Shown here: in pieces, positions 31,718-40,110 of the stretch
Layout of the letters: each line of letters starts with the position of its first letter
Numbering within the stretch: the first letter of the stretch is position 1
Assembly: GCA_965200875.1 (NCBI GenBank)
Contig: OZ241456.1
Coordinates: forward strand, 782,588 to 846,587
Direction: 5' to 3'
Length of the DNA stretch: 64,000 bases
Source: Bdellovibrionales bacterium
Lineage (GTDB): Bacteria; Bdellovibrionota; Bdellovibrionia; Bdellovibrionales; UBA1609
The notes under the pieces: model-generated
The model's input: only the letters and a program-made list of their open reading frames with translations
Database searches by the model: none
What the model was told of the DNA's origin: nothing
Program-made: the position numbers and the translations under genes

Positions 31718-31887
31718 TAAAAATAGAAAGGAGATGTTAAAATGAGTGTAAACAAATGTGTTATATGGGGTACTTTACTAAAAACAGAACTGAAAAATTA
31801 AAAACTATCAAAGTATTATCTATTGATAAAAAGGATCAAGGAAATAACTTGTATAAAAATTCAAACAAATAAATAAAGGAGGCAAAC

Positions 31888-32331
31888 ATGAGTGAGCAAA
31901 ATAAAAAAGAAAGTGAAATCAATACGGATTTCTTAGATCGCTGTATTCGAGCTTTGGAAATTTCATACAATAAACTGCAAAAACTGTCCCCGGAAAATAT
32001 TGAATATGACATTTATCGCTCTGCTTGTGTTAAAGAGTTTGAAATTATTTTGGAGCAATGCGGGAAGTTGTTAAAAAAACGCCTGAGAGATTTTTTTCAT
32101 TCCAATAAAGCTGTTGATGATTTGGTATTTAAGGATCTTTTTCGTTACTCAGCAAAACATGGTTTGATGGATATTAAGAGCAGTGAACGCTGGTGTAAAT
32201 ATAGAGATAACAGAAATAACACAGCTCATGATTATGGAGTGGGTTTTGCCGAAGAAACTTTAAAAGCTCTATCCCCATTTATAACTGACGCGAAAGCCAT
32301 TGTTGATATTTTGAAAAAGAAAGAGACATAA
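31888..32331 (+). CDS. HEPN-domain protein (nucleotidyltransferase substrate-binding, HI0074-like)
   Basis: 147 aa, helical, with an R-x4-H motif (RNNTAHDYG). It lies directly upstream of an MNT-domain ORF. Confidence 0.7.
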   Translation: MSEQNKKESEINTDFLDRCIRALEISYNKLQKLSPENIEYDIYRSACVKEFEIILEQCGKLLKKRLRDFFHSNKAVDDLVFKDLFRYSAKHGLMDIKSSERWCKYRDNRNNTAHDYGVGFAEETLKALSPFITDAKAIVDILKKKET

Positions 32332-32425
32332 ATATAGGGTCGTGAAAAACTTGGTTAAACATTGTTTATTTTTCTAAAAAATAAACCGCTTTAATAAGTA
32401 AACATAAAAAATCAGTTTTGCTGAT

Positions 32426-34306
32426 ATGATAAAAAATAAGACTAAAAAAGCAGGAGAAAGTTCAGTGTCTGAAAAAAAACTTCATTTGCCTGTTAAATAT
32501 AGAAAACAAATAAAGACTCTGTTTCGAAAGCATTTACCTGATGTGGATGTATGGGTTTACGGAAGTCGGGTTAACGGACAAAGCCACCCAGCTAGTGACT
32601 TAGATCTAGTGTTGCGTGCGCCGGGGTTAAAAAAGATTAATTCATTAAAACTATATGACTTAAAGGAAGCTTTAACAGAGTCCAATATTCCTTTTTTAGT
32701 GGAGGCAAGGGATTGGGCTTTACTTCCAAAAAGCTTTCATCAGGAAATTAAGCGTAGTTATATTATTTTAATTAAAGGCGAAAAAAAATATTACACTGAT
32801 GAGGTAAAAACAAAAAAAATATTGAGTAAAAAACCTTCTGTCAATTCCTCTGGGTCTGTAAATTTCTCTGAGTTTGTCACCACTTCCTCTGAGCCTATTA
32901 CTCCATCCGTGGGCAGGACTCCAAAACTTAAACAGGAAGCCAAATCATTGTCTTCCCGCTCCACCTCTTCAGGCGTTCCCGCCAAGCACGATGTTCATCC
33001 CCCTAGGCACGATGTCATTCCCGCGCAAGCGGGAATCCAGAAAAAGCTTTCATCTGAAAAAAAATGGAGGCTTTGTTCTATAAGAGAGGAGTATTCATCG
33101 ACACAACAAGTAGATAAATCATTGTCTTCCCGCTCCACCTCTTCAGGCGTTCCCGCCAAGCACGATGTTCATCCCCCTAGGCACGATGTCATTCCCGCGC
33201 AAGCGGGAATCCAGAAAAAGCTTTCATTTGAAAATGAGCAGAAGCTTGGTTCTGCACAATCTGAGTATACAGGAAACACAAAACAAACAGAGATCGGAGA
33301 AATACCAGAAGAATGGGATATTACTTCTATTAAAGAAGCTTATTTTTTTTCTAAAAAACCAAAAGAATTAAACTTAAAAAGCTTTTCACATATATCTTTT
33401 GTTCCCATGCAATTAATCCCGGATAATCAGCTATTTTTAAGTAATTATATAGAAAAGAAATGGAAACTACTGTCAAGTGGTGTATATTTTGAGGAAGGAG
33501 ATTTATTGTTATCAAAAATTACCCCTTCATTTGAAAATGGAAAACAATGTATTATCAGAAATATAAAAAATGGATTTGGAATTGCAACAACAGAGGTAAT
33601 TCCTATTAAAAGTAAAAAAGGGGTAAGTGATATAAGGTTTCTTTTTTATTATTTATTATTAAATAATATTCGCTCTACAATAGCAGGAAAAATGGAAGGA
33701 ACAACAGGAAAAAAACGAATACCTGTATATGTTATTAAAAACTTCAAAATCCCTCTTCCACCACTTGAGGAGCAAAAAAAGATTGTGGAGATTTTGTCTA
33801 AAATTCAAAAAGCGGTTGAGATACAAAATAAAATTATTAAAGTCACAAAAGAATTAAAACAAACAACTATGAAGTATCTTTTTACATATGGAACAAGAGG
33901 AAGTAAAAGCACTTTGGAGATACCAGAGTATGCTGACCCTTCCTGTCCCACCTCTTCAATCGTTTCATCTAAGCACGATGTTTATTCTTCTGAACTTGTC
34001 ACTCCTTCTGAGCCTGTCAATTCCTCTGAGTCTGTCATTCCCGCCGTGAGCATGACTCTAAAACTTAAGCATGAAGACAAATCGTTGTCTTCCCGTCCCT
34101 TGCAGTCGGGAATCAAGAAAAAACCTTCATCTGAAAGTGAGAAGGCATTTGGTTCTGCACAAGCGGATATATTGCAAAAGATAGATGATAAAATATCAGT
34201 ACATGAAAAGAAAAAGTCAACACTTGAAGAATTACTTAAAACCATGTTAAACCAGCTAATGACCGGAAAAATCCGTACTCATAGTGTGGATATACTGGAA
34301 AAATAA
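32426..34306 (+). CDS. hsdS: chimeric ORF: minimal nucleotidyltransferase (MNT) domain + repeat-derived linker + single-TRD HsdS
   Basis: Residues 1-120 carry the MNT motif VWVYGSRVNGQSHPASDLDLVL. Residues about 285-490 are an HsdS TRD plus conserved helix (EIPEEWDITSI..., LPPLEEQKKIVEILSKI). The C-terminus LEELLKTMLNQLMTGKIR is the second conserved helix. Three repeat blocks are in frame. Confidence 0.7.
   Translation: MIKNKTKKAGESSVSEKKLHLPVKYRKQIKTLFRKHLPDVDVWVYGSRVNGQSHPASDLDLVLRAPGLKKINSLKLYDLKEALTESNIPFLVEARDWALLPKSFHQEIKRSYIILIKGEKKYYTDEVKTKKILSKKPSVNSSGSVNFSEFVTTSSEPITPSVGRTPKLKQEAKSLSSRSTSSGVPAKHDVHPPRHDVIPAQAGIQKKLSSEKKWRLCSIREEYSSTQQVDKSLSSRSTSSGVPAKHDVHPPRHDVIPAQAGIQKKLSFENEQKLGSAQSEYTGNTKQTEIGEIPEEWDITSIKEAYFFSKKPKELNLKSFSHISFVPMQLIPDNQLFLSNYIEKKWKLLSSGVYFEEGDLLLSKITPSFENGKQCIIRNIKNGFGIATTEVIPIKSKKGVSDIRFLFYYLLLNNIRSTIAGKMEGTTGKKRIPVYVIKNFKIPLPPLEEQKKIVEILSKIQKAVEIQNKIIKVTKELKQTTMKYLFTYGTRGSKSTLEIPEYADPSCPTSSIVSSKHDVYSSELVTPSEPVNSSESVIPAVSMTLKLKHEDKSLSSRPLQSGIKKKPSSESEKAFGSAQADILQKIDDKISVHEKKKSTLEELLKTMLNQLMTGKIRTHSVDILEK
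32917..33227 (+). repeat. two copies of the compound palindromic element inside the MNT-HsdS ORF (112 bp identical: 32942-33053 and 33116-33227)
   Basis: Read directly. They translate as KSLSSRSTSSGVPAKHDVHPPRHDVIPAQAGIQKKLS. Confidence 0.85.
33941..34129 (+). repeat. third, diverged copy of the compound element plus a 15-bp minisatellite, at the position where HsdS TRD2 is expected
   Basis: Contains gtcattcccgccgtgagc...aaacttaagcatgaagacaaatcgttgtcttcccgtcccttgcagtcgggaatc. Confidence 0.75.
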
Positions 34307-34327
34307 ATAAAGAATAAAAAGGACACT

Positions 34328-35392
34328 ATGTTTAATATCGATCAGCAAATCTCATTAAGAACGGAATTAACTCCTCGTATATTGCCGAGAACCCAATATT
34401 TGGGAAGCAAACAGAAATTGGTAAAATGGATATACCAATGCTCTCCTAAAAATATAAAAACAGTTTTTGACGCATTTAGTGGCACATCTGCTGTAGGATA
34501 TCATTTTAAAACCCAAGGAAAAAAAGTTATAGCCAATGATTTTCTAAAGTTTAATTACCATATTGGAAAAGCCCTTATTGAAAATAAAAATATCATCTTG
34601 ACGAATAAAGATATTAAGTTGTTGTTGCAAAATAATAAAACCTCTGACTTCTTTATTGAAGAAAACTTTACTGGAGTATTTTTTGAAAAAGAACAGGCTC
34701 AATTTTTAGATAATTTTAGAGCCAATATTGATCTCTTAAATAATCAATATAAAAAATCTTTGGCTTTTACAATTATTAATAGAGCTTTAACAAAGAAGGT
34801 TTTGTTGGGCCATTTTGCACATTTAAAAGCTCTGGACTACAGCAAAAATCTTAAGCGTATTAAAAGAAACCCGGCTATTACTCGACCCATAAAAGATCTA
34901 TTTCTGGATCTGGTAAATGATTATAATCATGCGGTGTTTGATAATAAGCAACAAAACAAAATGTACTGTCAGGATATAATTGGTTTTATCAGGAATATAA
35001 AAGGTGTGGACTTGGTATATTTTGATCCTCCTTATTATGGCTGTCATCCAGATTATCAGGCTTTTTATCATTTCCTAGAAACTTATGTTGAGTACTGGAA
35101 AGAAAAACAATTTATTAATAAAACGAAACAATATTTCCCTAAGAAGAAAAGTGGCTTTACACAAAAAAATGAAATAGTGGAGTCATTTAAAAAACTATTT
35201 GAGAACAGTCAGGATATTCCATATTGGCTGATTTCTTACAATAGTAATAGCTACCCTGATAAAGAGACTATGACGAATATAATACAGCAATATAGAAAAA
35301 CTAAAGTTTTTGAAAATGAATATCAAAATCATTACGGAGGCAAAGGCTCTCGCAAAGGTACACGAGAATATTTGTTTTTATGTTATGAGTAA
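34328..35392 (+). CDS. D12-class N6-adenine DNA methyltransferase
   Basis: Motifs YLGSKQKLVKWI, FDAFSGTSAVG and YFDPPYYG are present, with C-terminal WLISYNSNS. It is a paralogue of the gene at 20171-21415. Confidence 0.7.
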   Translation: MFNIDQQISLRTELTPRILPRTQYLGSKQKLVKWIYQCSPKNIKTVFDAFSGTSAVGYHFKTQGKKVIANDFLKFNYHIGKALIENKNIILTNKDIKLLLQNNKTSDFFIEENFTGVFFEKEQAQFLDNFRANIDLLNNQYKKSLAFTIINRALTKKVLLGHFAHLKALDYSKNLKRIKRNPAITRPIKDLFLDLVNDYNHAVFDNKQQNKMYCQDIIGFIRNIKGVDLVYFDPPYYGCHPDYQAFYHFLETYVEYWKEKQFINKTKQYFPKKKSGFTQKNEIVESFKKLFENSQDIPYWLISYNSNSYPDKETMTNIIQQYRKTKVFENEYQNHYGGKGSRKGTREYLFLCYE

Positions 35393-35454
35393 AAATAAAG
35401 AGCAAGAACATTTGGATATACTTGTGAAATAAAAATATAAAACAAAAGGAGAGT

Positions 35455-37446
35455 ATGATGAAAATTAAAAAATTAGAGATTGAAAATTTTAAAGCTATAA
35501 AGCATCTGAAGTTGGATATTTTAAGTGACACTGTTTTAATTGCTGGCCCAAATGGCTGTGGCAAATCATGTATCTTTCATGCAATTAGATTATTAAAATC
35601 TGTTATAGGTGGATATCAGGATAATGAGTGGCATTTGTGGTTTAATGAATTTCAAATAAGTCCACAAAACCTTGGTCAGGATATTATTAAGTTATTTCAA
35701 ACAGATGACAGAAAATTACAAATTAAAGCCGATTTTGAATTAAGTGAAGAAGAAAAAACATTTTTAAAAAATGAAGGTAAAGATATGCTTGAATACCAGC
35801 TATGGAAAAGAGCATTACCTAATATTTTCAATACTCTAGATCAACAATACTATAAAGCTCGACCGTTAGGTGCACAATATGGTGATATAGCTAAAAAAAT
35901 AACCGAATCATCTAAGCAATTATTTGAAAATTTGAATAAAGAATTGTCTCAACCAAAAATTAATGTTTGTTTTGAAGCTGATGTAAACGGTGTTCTTACA
36001 ATATCTCCTACAAAATCATTACAGCTTGCATTTAGTTTTTTTGAAAAAGACTTAGGTATTATTGATTATCATGGCCCTGATAGGAATTACCATAAAGAAA
36101 CATTAAATAATATTAATTTAAATATTAAGACAAGTCACCAATCTATAAAGCAACACTCTTTATACAATTATACAAATAAGTATTCCAATGTGAAACAGGA
36201 AATGGTTGGAAGTTATATTAGGAGTTTGCTGACAAAAGAGGCTGGAGGAGTAGTGAACAGTTCAGATTCCAATTTAATTGATACCTTAAAAGAGTTGTTT
36301 AATGAGTTTTTTCCTGGAAAAGAGTTTTTAGATCCACAACCAAGTAAAACTGGTGGAATTGATTTTCCTGTAAAACTAAAAAATGGCACAACTCATGATA
36401 TCAATGATCTTAGTTCAGGTGAAAAAGAGGTGCTTTATGGTTATTTGAGATTAAGAAGTTCTACACCAAAAAATTCTATCATTATGATTGATGAACCAGA
36501 GCTTCATTTGAATCCAAAATTAATTTCTGGCCTACCACATTTTTACAAAAAACATTTAAGTGAAAAAATGGGTAATCAAATTTTACTAATAACTCATTCT
36601 GATGCTTTTCTTCGTGAAGCTATGAGAGAAAAGGATTATCAAGTTTATCATATAAAACCACCTTTTAGTATTTCATCTTATAAAGATAATCAAATTAAAG
36701 TAGTCAATGTAAATAATGATTTGGAAGAAGCTATTATTGATTTAGTTGGTGATTTAGCCACTTATTCACCAGATAAAAAAAATGTGTTGTTGGAAGGAGA
36801 AAACTCAGAGTTTGATTCAAAAATGATTACAAAGTTATTTCCTGAATTTTCAGAAAAAGTAAACTTATTATCTGCTGGCTCAAAGCATAAAGTAATCAGA
36901 CTACATGAATTATTGGAAAAAGCAAATCAAGAAGGGCAACTACATACAAAATTTTTTTCAATTATAGATAAGGATCTACATGATGATAACACTATAAGAT
37001 CAATAAAGGCATTTCAGTGGGATGTTTATCATATAGAAAATTATTTATTAAATGAAGACTACTTACTAAAATCTGTAAATGGATTGCTATTGCAAAAACA
37101 ATGGAGTATTGAAGAAATAAACGATTTATTATTAAAATGTGCAAAAGAATCTATAGGTGTCCTTATTAAAGATATTCTAACTAATGAGGTATATAAAAAA
37201 ACTCCTAATCTTAAAAAAATAGGATGTGATCCAGAAAATTTAAATATCTCTATAGAGATTTATAACTCTCTTCAAAGAAAAATAGACAATCTTTCTAAAA
37301 TTCCAACAAAGGATTATTTGCAAAAATTACAAGATATTGAAAAGCAAAAACGAAAAGAATTTAATCAGGCTTTTTGCAATTACACATGGAAGGAAAAAGT
37401 GAAAGGGAGAGATGTATTAAAAAGATTAGTGGCAACAATTAATTAG
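35455..37446 (+). CDS. fused ABC/SMC-type ATPase + DUF4435-like Toprim domain (OLD/PARIS-like)
   Basis: Walker A is LIAGPNGCGKS, the signature is LSSGEKE and Walker B is IIMIDEPELHLNP. The C-terminal half carries NVLLEGENSEFD, FFSIIDKDLH and VYHIENYLL. Confidence 0.65.
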   Translation: MMKIKKLEIENFKAIKHLKLDILSDTVLIAGPNGCGKSCIFHAIRLLKSVIGGYQDNEWHLWFNEFQISPQNLGQDIIKLFQTDDRKLQIKADFELSEEEKTFLKNEGKDMLEYQLWKRALPNIFNTLDQQYYKARPLGAQYGDIAKKITESSKQLFENLNKELSQPKINVCFEADVNGVLTISPTKSLQLAFSFFEKDLGIIDYHGPDRNYHKETLNNINLNIKTSHQSIKQHSLYNYTNKYSNVKQEMVGSYIRSLLTKEAGGVVNSSDSNLIDTLKELFNEFFPGKEFLDPQPSKTGGIDFPVKLKNGTTHDINDLSSGEKEVLYGYLRLRSSTPKNSIIMIDEPELHLNPKLISGLPHFYKKHLSEKMGNQILLITHSDAFLREAMREKDYQVYHIKPPFSISSYKDNQIKVVNVNNDLEEAIIDLVGDLATYSPDKKNVLLEGENSEFDSKMITKLFPEFSEKVNLLSAGSKHKVIRLHELLEKANQEGQLHTKFFSIIDKDLHDDNTIRSIKAFQWDVYHIENYLLNEDYLLKSVNGLLLQKQWSIEEINDLLLKCAKESIGVLIKDILTNEVYKKTPNLKKIGCDPENLNISIEIYNSLQRKIDNLSKIPTKDYLQKLQDIEKQKRKEFNQAFCNYTWKEKVKGRDVLKRLVATIN

Positions 37447-37619
37447 GAAATTTCAACTGAAAATTTTTCATATATGACTTTAAGAAATCAGATTATTGCC
37501 ACAATGGCTATAGACAGTTACAAGCCTGAAGGGATGAAAAAGATTATTCAACAAATAAAAAATGCTTAATGTTGAGGGTTTTTGTATTAAAATTTTATCA
37601 GGATATGTGCGGGCTTATG

Positions 37620-37790
37620 AGTGGTTGAAAGCCTTTTTTGCTTTCTGTTTAGGTGCTGGATTCCCGCCTGCGCTGGAATGACGTGTATGGAGCGAGCATA
37701 GGTGCAAGTTGTAAGGTGATGATAGGATATACATAGGCTTGTGAATGGCTGAAAGCCCTTTGGGCTTTCAGTTTTGGGAACATACATGAA
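37620..37790. repeat. compound intergenic repeat: hairpin gaaagcc/ggctttc + ggattcccgcctgcgctggaatgac core + second hairpin ctgaaagccc/gggctttcag
   Basis: Read directly. Related copies lie at 38170-38231 and 40045-40110. Confidence 0.8.
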
Positions 37791-37859
37791 AAAAAGTGTG
37801 ATAATTGAAACACTGGGGGTTTTTCACGGATCATTACAGTAGACTATAAGAGGGTTATA

Positions 37860-38156
37860 GTGAAGAAAGAGAAACAAGCATTTGTTTATATAATGGCAAA
37901 TAAAAGAAATGGAACAATTTATACAGGAGTGACAAATGATTTATCAAATCGTGTGTGGCAACATAAACAGAATGTAATAGAAGGTTTTACAAAAAAGTAC
38001 GGTGTTCATCATTTGGTTTATTTTGAACAACATGGAAGTATGTACTCAGCTATTGAACGAGAGAAACAAATAAAAAAATGGTGCAGGCAATGGAAATTAA
38101 AACTCATAGAAAAAGAAAATCCAAGTTGGAGTGACTTATATGATTCTATCATTTAA
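37860..38156 (+). CDS. GIY-YIG nuclease-family small protein
   Basis: 98 aa. Motifs FVYIMANKRNGTIYTGVTNDLSNRVWQHK and EREKQIKKW are present. The start is GTG. Confidence 0.85.
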   Translation: MKKEKQAFVYIMANKRNGTIYTGVTNDLSNRVWQHKQNVIEGFTKKYGVHHLVYFEQHGSMYSAIEREKQIKKWCRQWKLKLIEKENPSWSDLYDSII

Positions 38157-38169
38157 TGTTTATATGTAT

Positions 38170-38231
38170 CGTATTGAAAGCCTTTTTGGCTTTTAGTTTA
38201 GATACTGGATTCCCGCCTGCGCGGGAATGAC
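38170..38231. repeat. compound intergenic repeat copy (hairpin + ggattcccgcctgcgcgggaatgac)
   Basis: Read directly from the sequence. Confidence 0.8.
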
Positions 38232-38273
38232 GTATATGAAATAATGATAACTTAAAAAAACAGGAGGAGTAAA

Positions 38274-39461
38274 ATGCAGATAACGCAGATAAAGTTAAAA
38301 AATTTTCGGGCTTTTCAAAATGTGGAGATGCGGGATATTCCGCACTTCGTGGTTCTTGTTGGTGCTAATGGCACAGGCAAATCCACTTTGTTTTCCGTTT
38401 TTGGTTTTCTTCGTGACGCAATGACCTCTAATGTGACCACCGCTCTTTCAAAATTGGGAGGAAGTCGGGGTTTTAAAGAGGTGGTCAGCAGAAACTCAAC
38501 AGGTCCTATTGAGATTGAAATCAAGTTTCGGGAAAAACCCAAAAGTCAGTTGGTTACTTATGCCTTGTGTATTGCTGAAAAAAATGGTCGCGCGATAGTG
38601 GAACGGGAGATCTTAAAATATCGCCGAGGTACCAGGGGAGCACCTTGGAAGTTTTTAGATTTTTCATGCGGGAAAGGCCAAGCTGTTACCAATGAGATGG
38701 ATGATGTAAAAGATGAAAAAGACCTTCAGAGAGAAGAACAAAACCTTAAATCTCCTGATTTGCTGGCCATAAAGGGACTAGCCCAGTTTGAGCGATTTCC
38801 TGCTGTAGTGGCTCTTGGCAATTTGATTGAGCGTTGGCATATCTCTGACTTCCATATCAGCAAAGCGCGCCCGGAACAAGAATCGGGGTATGCGGAACAC
38901 TTGTCACGCTCAGGAGAAAACTTGTCCTTGGTGGTGGAATATCTTTATCAAAATCATAGAAATGTTTTTGACACTATTATCAAACAATTGAGTAAAAGAG
39001 TGCCTGGCATTACCAAAGTTGATTCCAAACAAACAGAAGAAGGACGTATTTTATTGAAATTTCAGGATGGGGATTTTGAAGATCCGTTTCTAGCTCGTTA
39101 TGTTTCTGACGGTACAATTAAAATGCTGGCCTATCTGATTTTACTTTATGACCCTGCTCCTCATCCTCTGCTGTGCGTGGAAGAACCGGAAAATCAACTT
39201 TATCACAGTTTGCTGGAAGAATTAGCAGAGGAATTTCGCTCTTATGCCAACAAAGGCGGGCAGGTATTTGTCTCCACTCACTCCCCGGATTTTTTAAATT
39301 CTGTCAAACTGGAAGAAGTATTTTGGCTGGAAAAGCAATCCGGCTATACAGTTGTCAAACGAGCTATGGCTAATGAGCAAGTTTCCGCTTATATGAAACA
39401 AGGGGATAAAATGGGAAATCTTTGGACACAGGGTTTTTTTACAGGAGCAGATCCTAAATGA
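38274..39461 (+). CDS. AAA_15/AAA_21-type ABC ATPase
   Basis: Motifs IKLKNFRAF, VLVGANGTGKST, YVSDGTIKMLAYL, LLCVEEPENQLYH and VSTHSPDF are present. Confidence 0.8.
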   Translation: MQITQIKLKNFRAFQNVEMRDIPHFVVLVGANGTGKSTLFSVFGFLRDAMTSNVTTALSKLGGSRGFKEVVSRNSTGPIEIEIKFREKPKSQLVTYALCIAEKNGRAIVEREILKYRRGTRGAPWKFLDFSCGKGQAVTNEMDDVKDEKDLQREEQNLKSPDLLAIKGLAQFERFPAVVALGNLIERWHISDFHISKARPEQESGYAEHLSRSGENLSLVVEYLYQNHRNVFDTIIKQLSKRVPGITKVDSKQTEEGRILLKFQDGDFEDPFLARYVSDGTIKMLAYLILLYDPAPHPLLCVEEPENQLYHSLLEELAEEFRSYANKGGQVFVSTHSPDFLNSVKLEEVFWLEKQSGYTVVKRAMANEQVSAYMKQGDKMGNLWTQGFFTGADPK

Positions 39462-40027
39462 AAAATCTTGTTTTCTTTCTGGAAGGATATTCTGAAAAAG
39501 TAATGCTGGAAGGTCTGTTATCGCGTTTGTTGCCTGAAAATGTTTCTCCTGTTTATTGTGTGTTTAAAGGGAAAAAAGACTTGGAAAAGAATCTTTTTAA
39601 AAAAATACAGGGATGGCAAAAACCTGAAAGTGCTTTCATAGTTTTGCTCGACCAAGATCAGGAAAACTGTAAATCTCTTAAGAAAAGAATACTTGAAATA
39701 TGCAAACAGTGTGAAAATTCAGTAACCCCTTTAAAGTATATTATTCGCGTAGCTTGCCGTGAACTGGAAAGCTGGTATTTTGGTGATTTAGAAGCTGTTG
39801 GAAAAGCATTTAATAAGCCAAAATTGCCAGATCGATATAAGAATAAAAAACAATATAAAAATCCAGACAAAATTCAAAATCCTGCGAAAGAACTTGAGAA
39901 GATTACCAATAAAGAATATCAAAAAATTTCTGGTTCTAGAGCTATTGGTTCTTTACTTTCCTGGGAAAATAATAAATCACGTAGCTTTAAAGTGTTTATC
40001 GAAGGTATCAAGGATCTGGTTCAATGA
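39458..40027 (+). CDS. DUF4276-like (Toprim-like) protein
   Basis: 189 aa. The N-terminus LVFFLEGYSEKVML has a Toprim-like Glu. VLLDQDQE is DxD-like and RELESWYFGD is also present. A 4-nt overlap couples it to the upstream ATPase. Confidence 0.55.
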   Translation: MKNLVFFLEGYSEKVMLEGLLSRLLPENVSPVYCVFKGKKDLEKNLFKKIQGWQKPESAFIVLLDQDQENCKSLKKRILEICKQCENSVTPLKYIIRVACRELESWYFGDLEAVGKAFNKPKLPDRYKNKKQYKNPDKIQNPAKELEKITNKEYQKISGSRAIGSLLSWENNKSRSFKVFIEGIKDLVQ

Positions 40028-40044
40028 AAAATGATTCTCATTTT

Positions 40045-40110
40045 TCAGTTTAGGTGCTGGATTCCCGCCTGTGCGGGAATGACTTGTATGGAGGGAGAGC
40101 GAGCATGGAT
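40045..40110. repeat. compound intergenic repeat copy (ggattcccgcctgtgcgggaatgac + gtatggagggagagcgagcatgg tail)
   Basis: Read directly from the sequence. Confidence 0.8.

Noticed and set aside
31497-31745. 82-aa ORF with duplicated DVIPALSGNPALK...SSCPLRSR sequence
   Set aside because: It is the translation of two tandem copies of the palindromic repeat element. It has no independent coding signal.
31515-34129. Possible CRISPR array (repeated units separated by unique sequence)
   Set aside because: There are only 2-3 units, each over 100 bp long and internally palindromic. They lie partly inside an ORF, no regular 25-40 nt repeat/spacer periodicity is present, and no cas genes are in the window.
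37587-37834. ORFs 37587-37787 and 37649-37834 (minus strand)
   Set aside because: They consist of the compound intergenic repeat and give the HVIPAQAGIQ/SFQRRRES-type translations characteristic of this repeat family.
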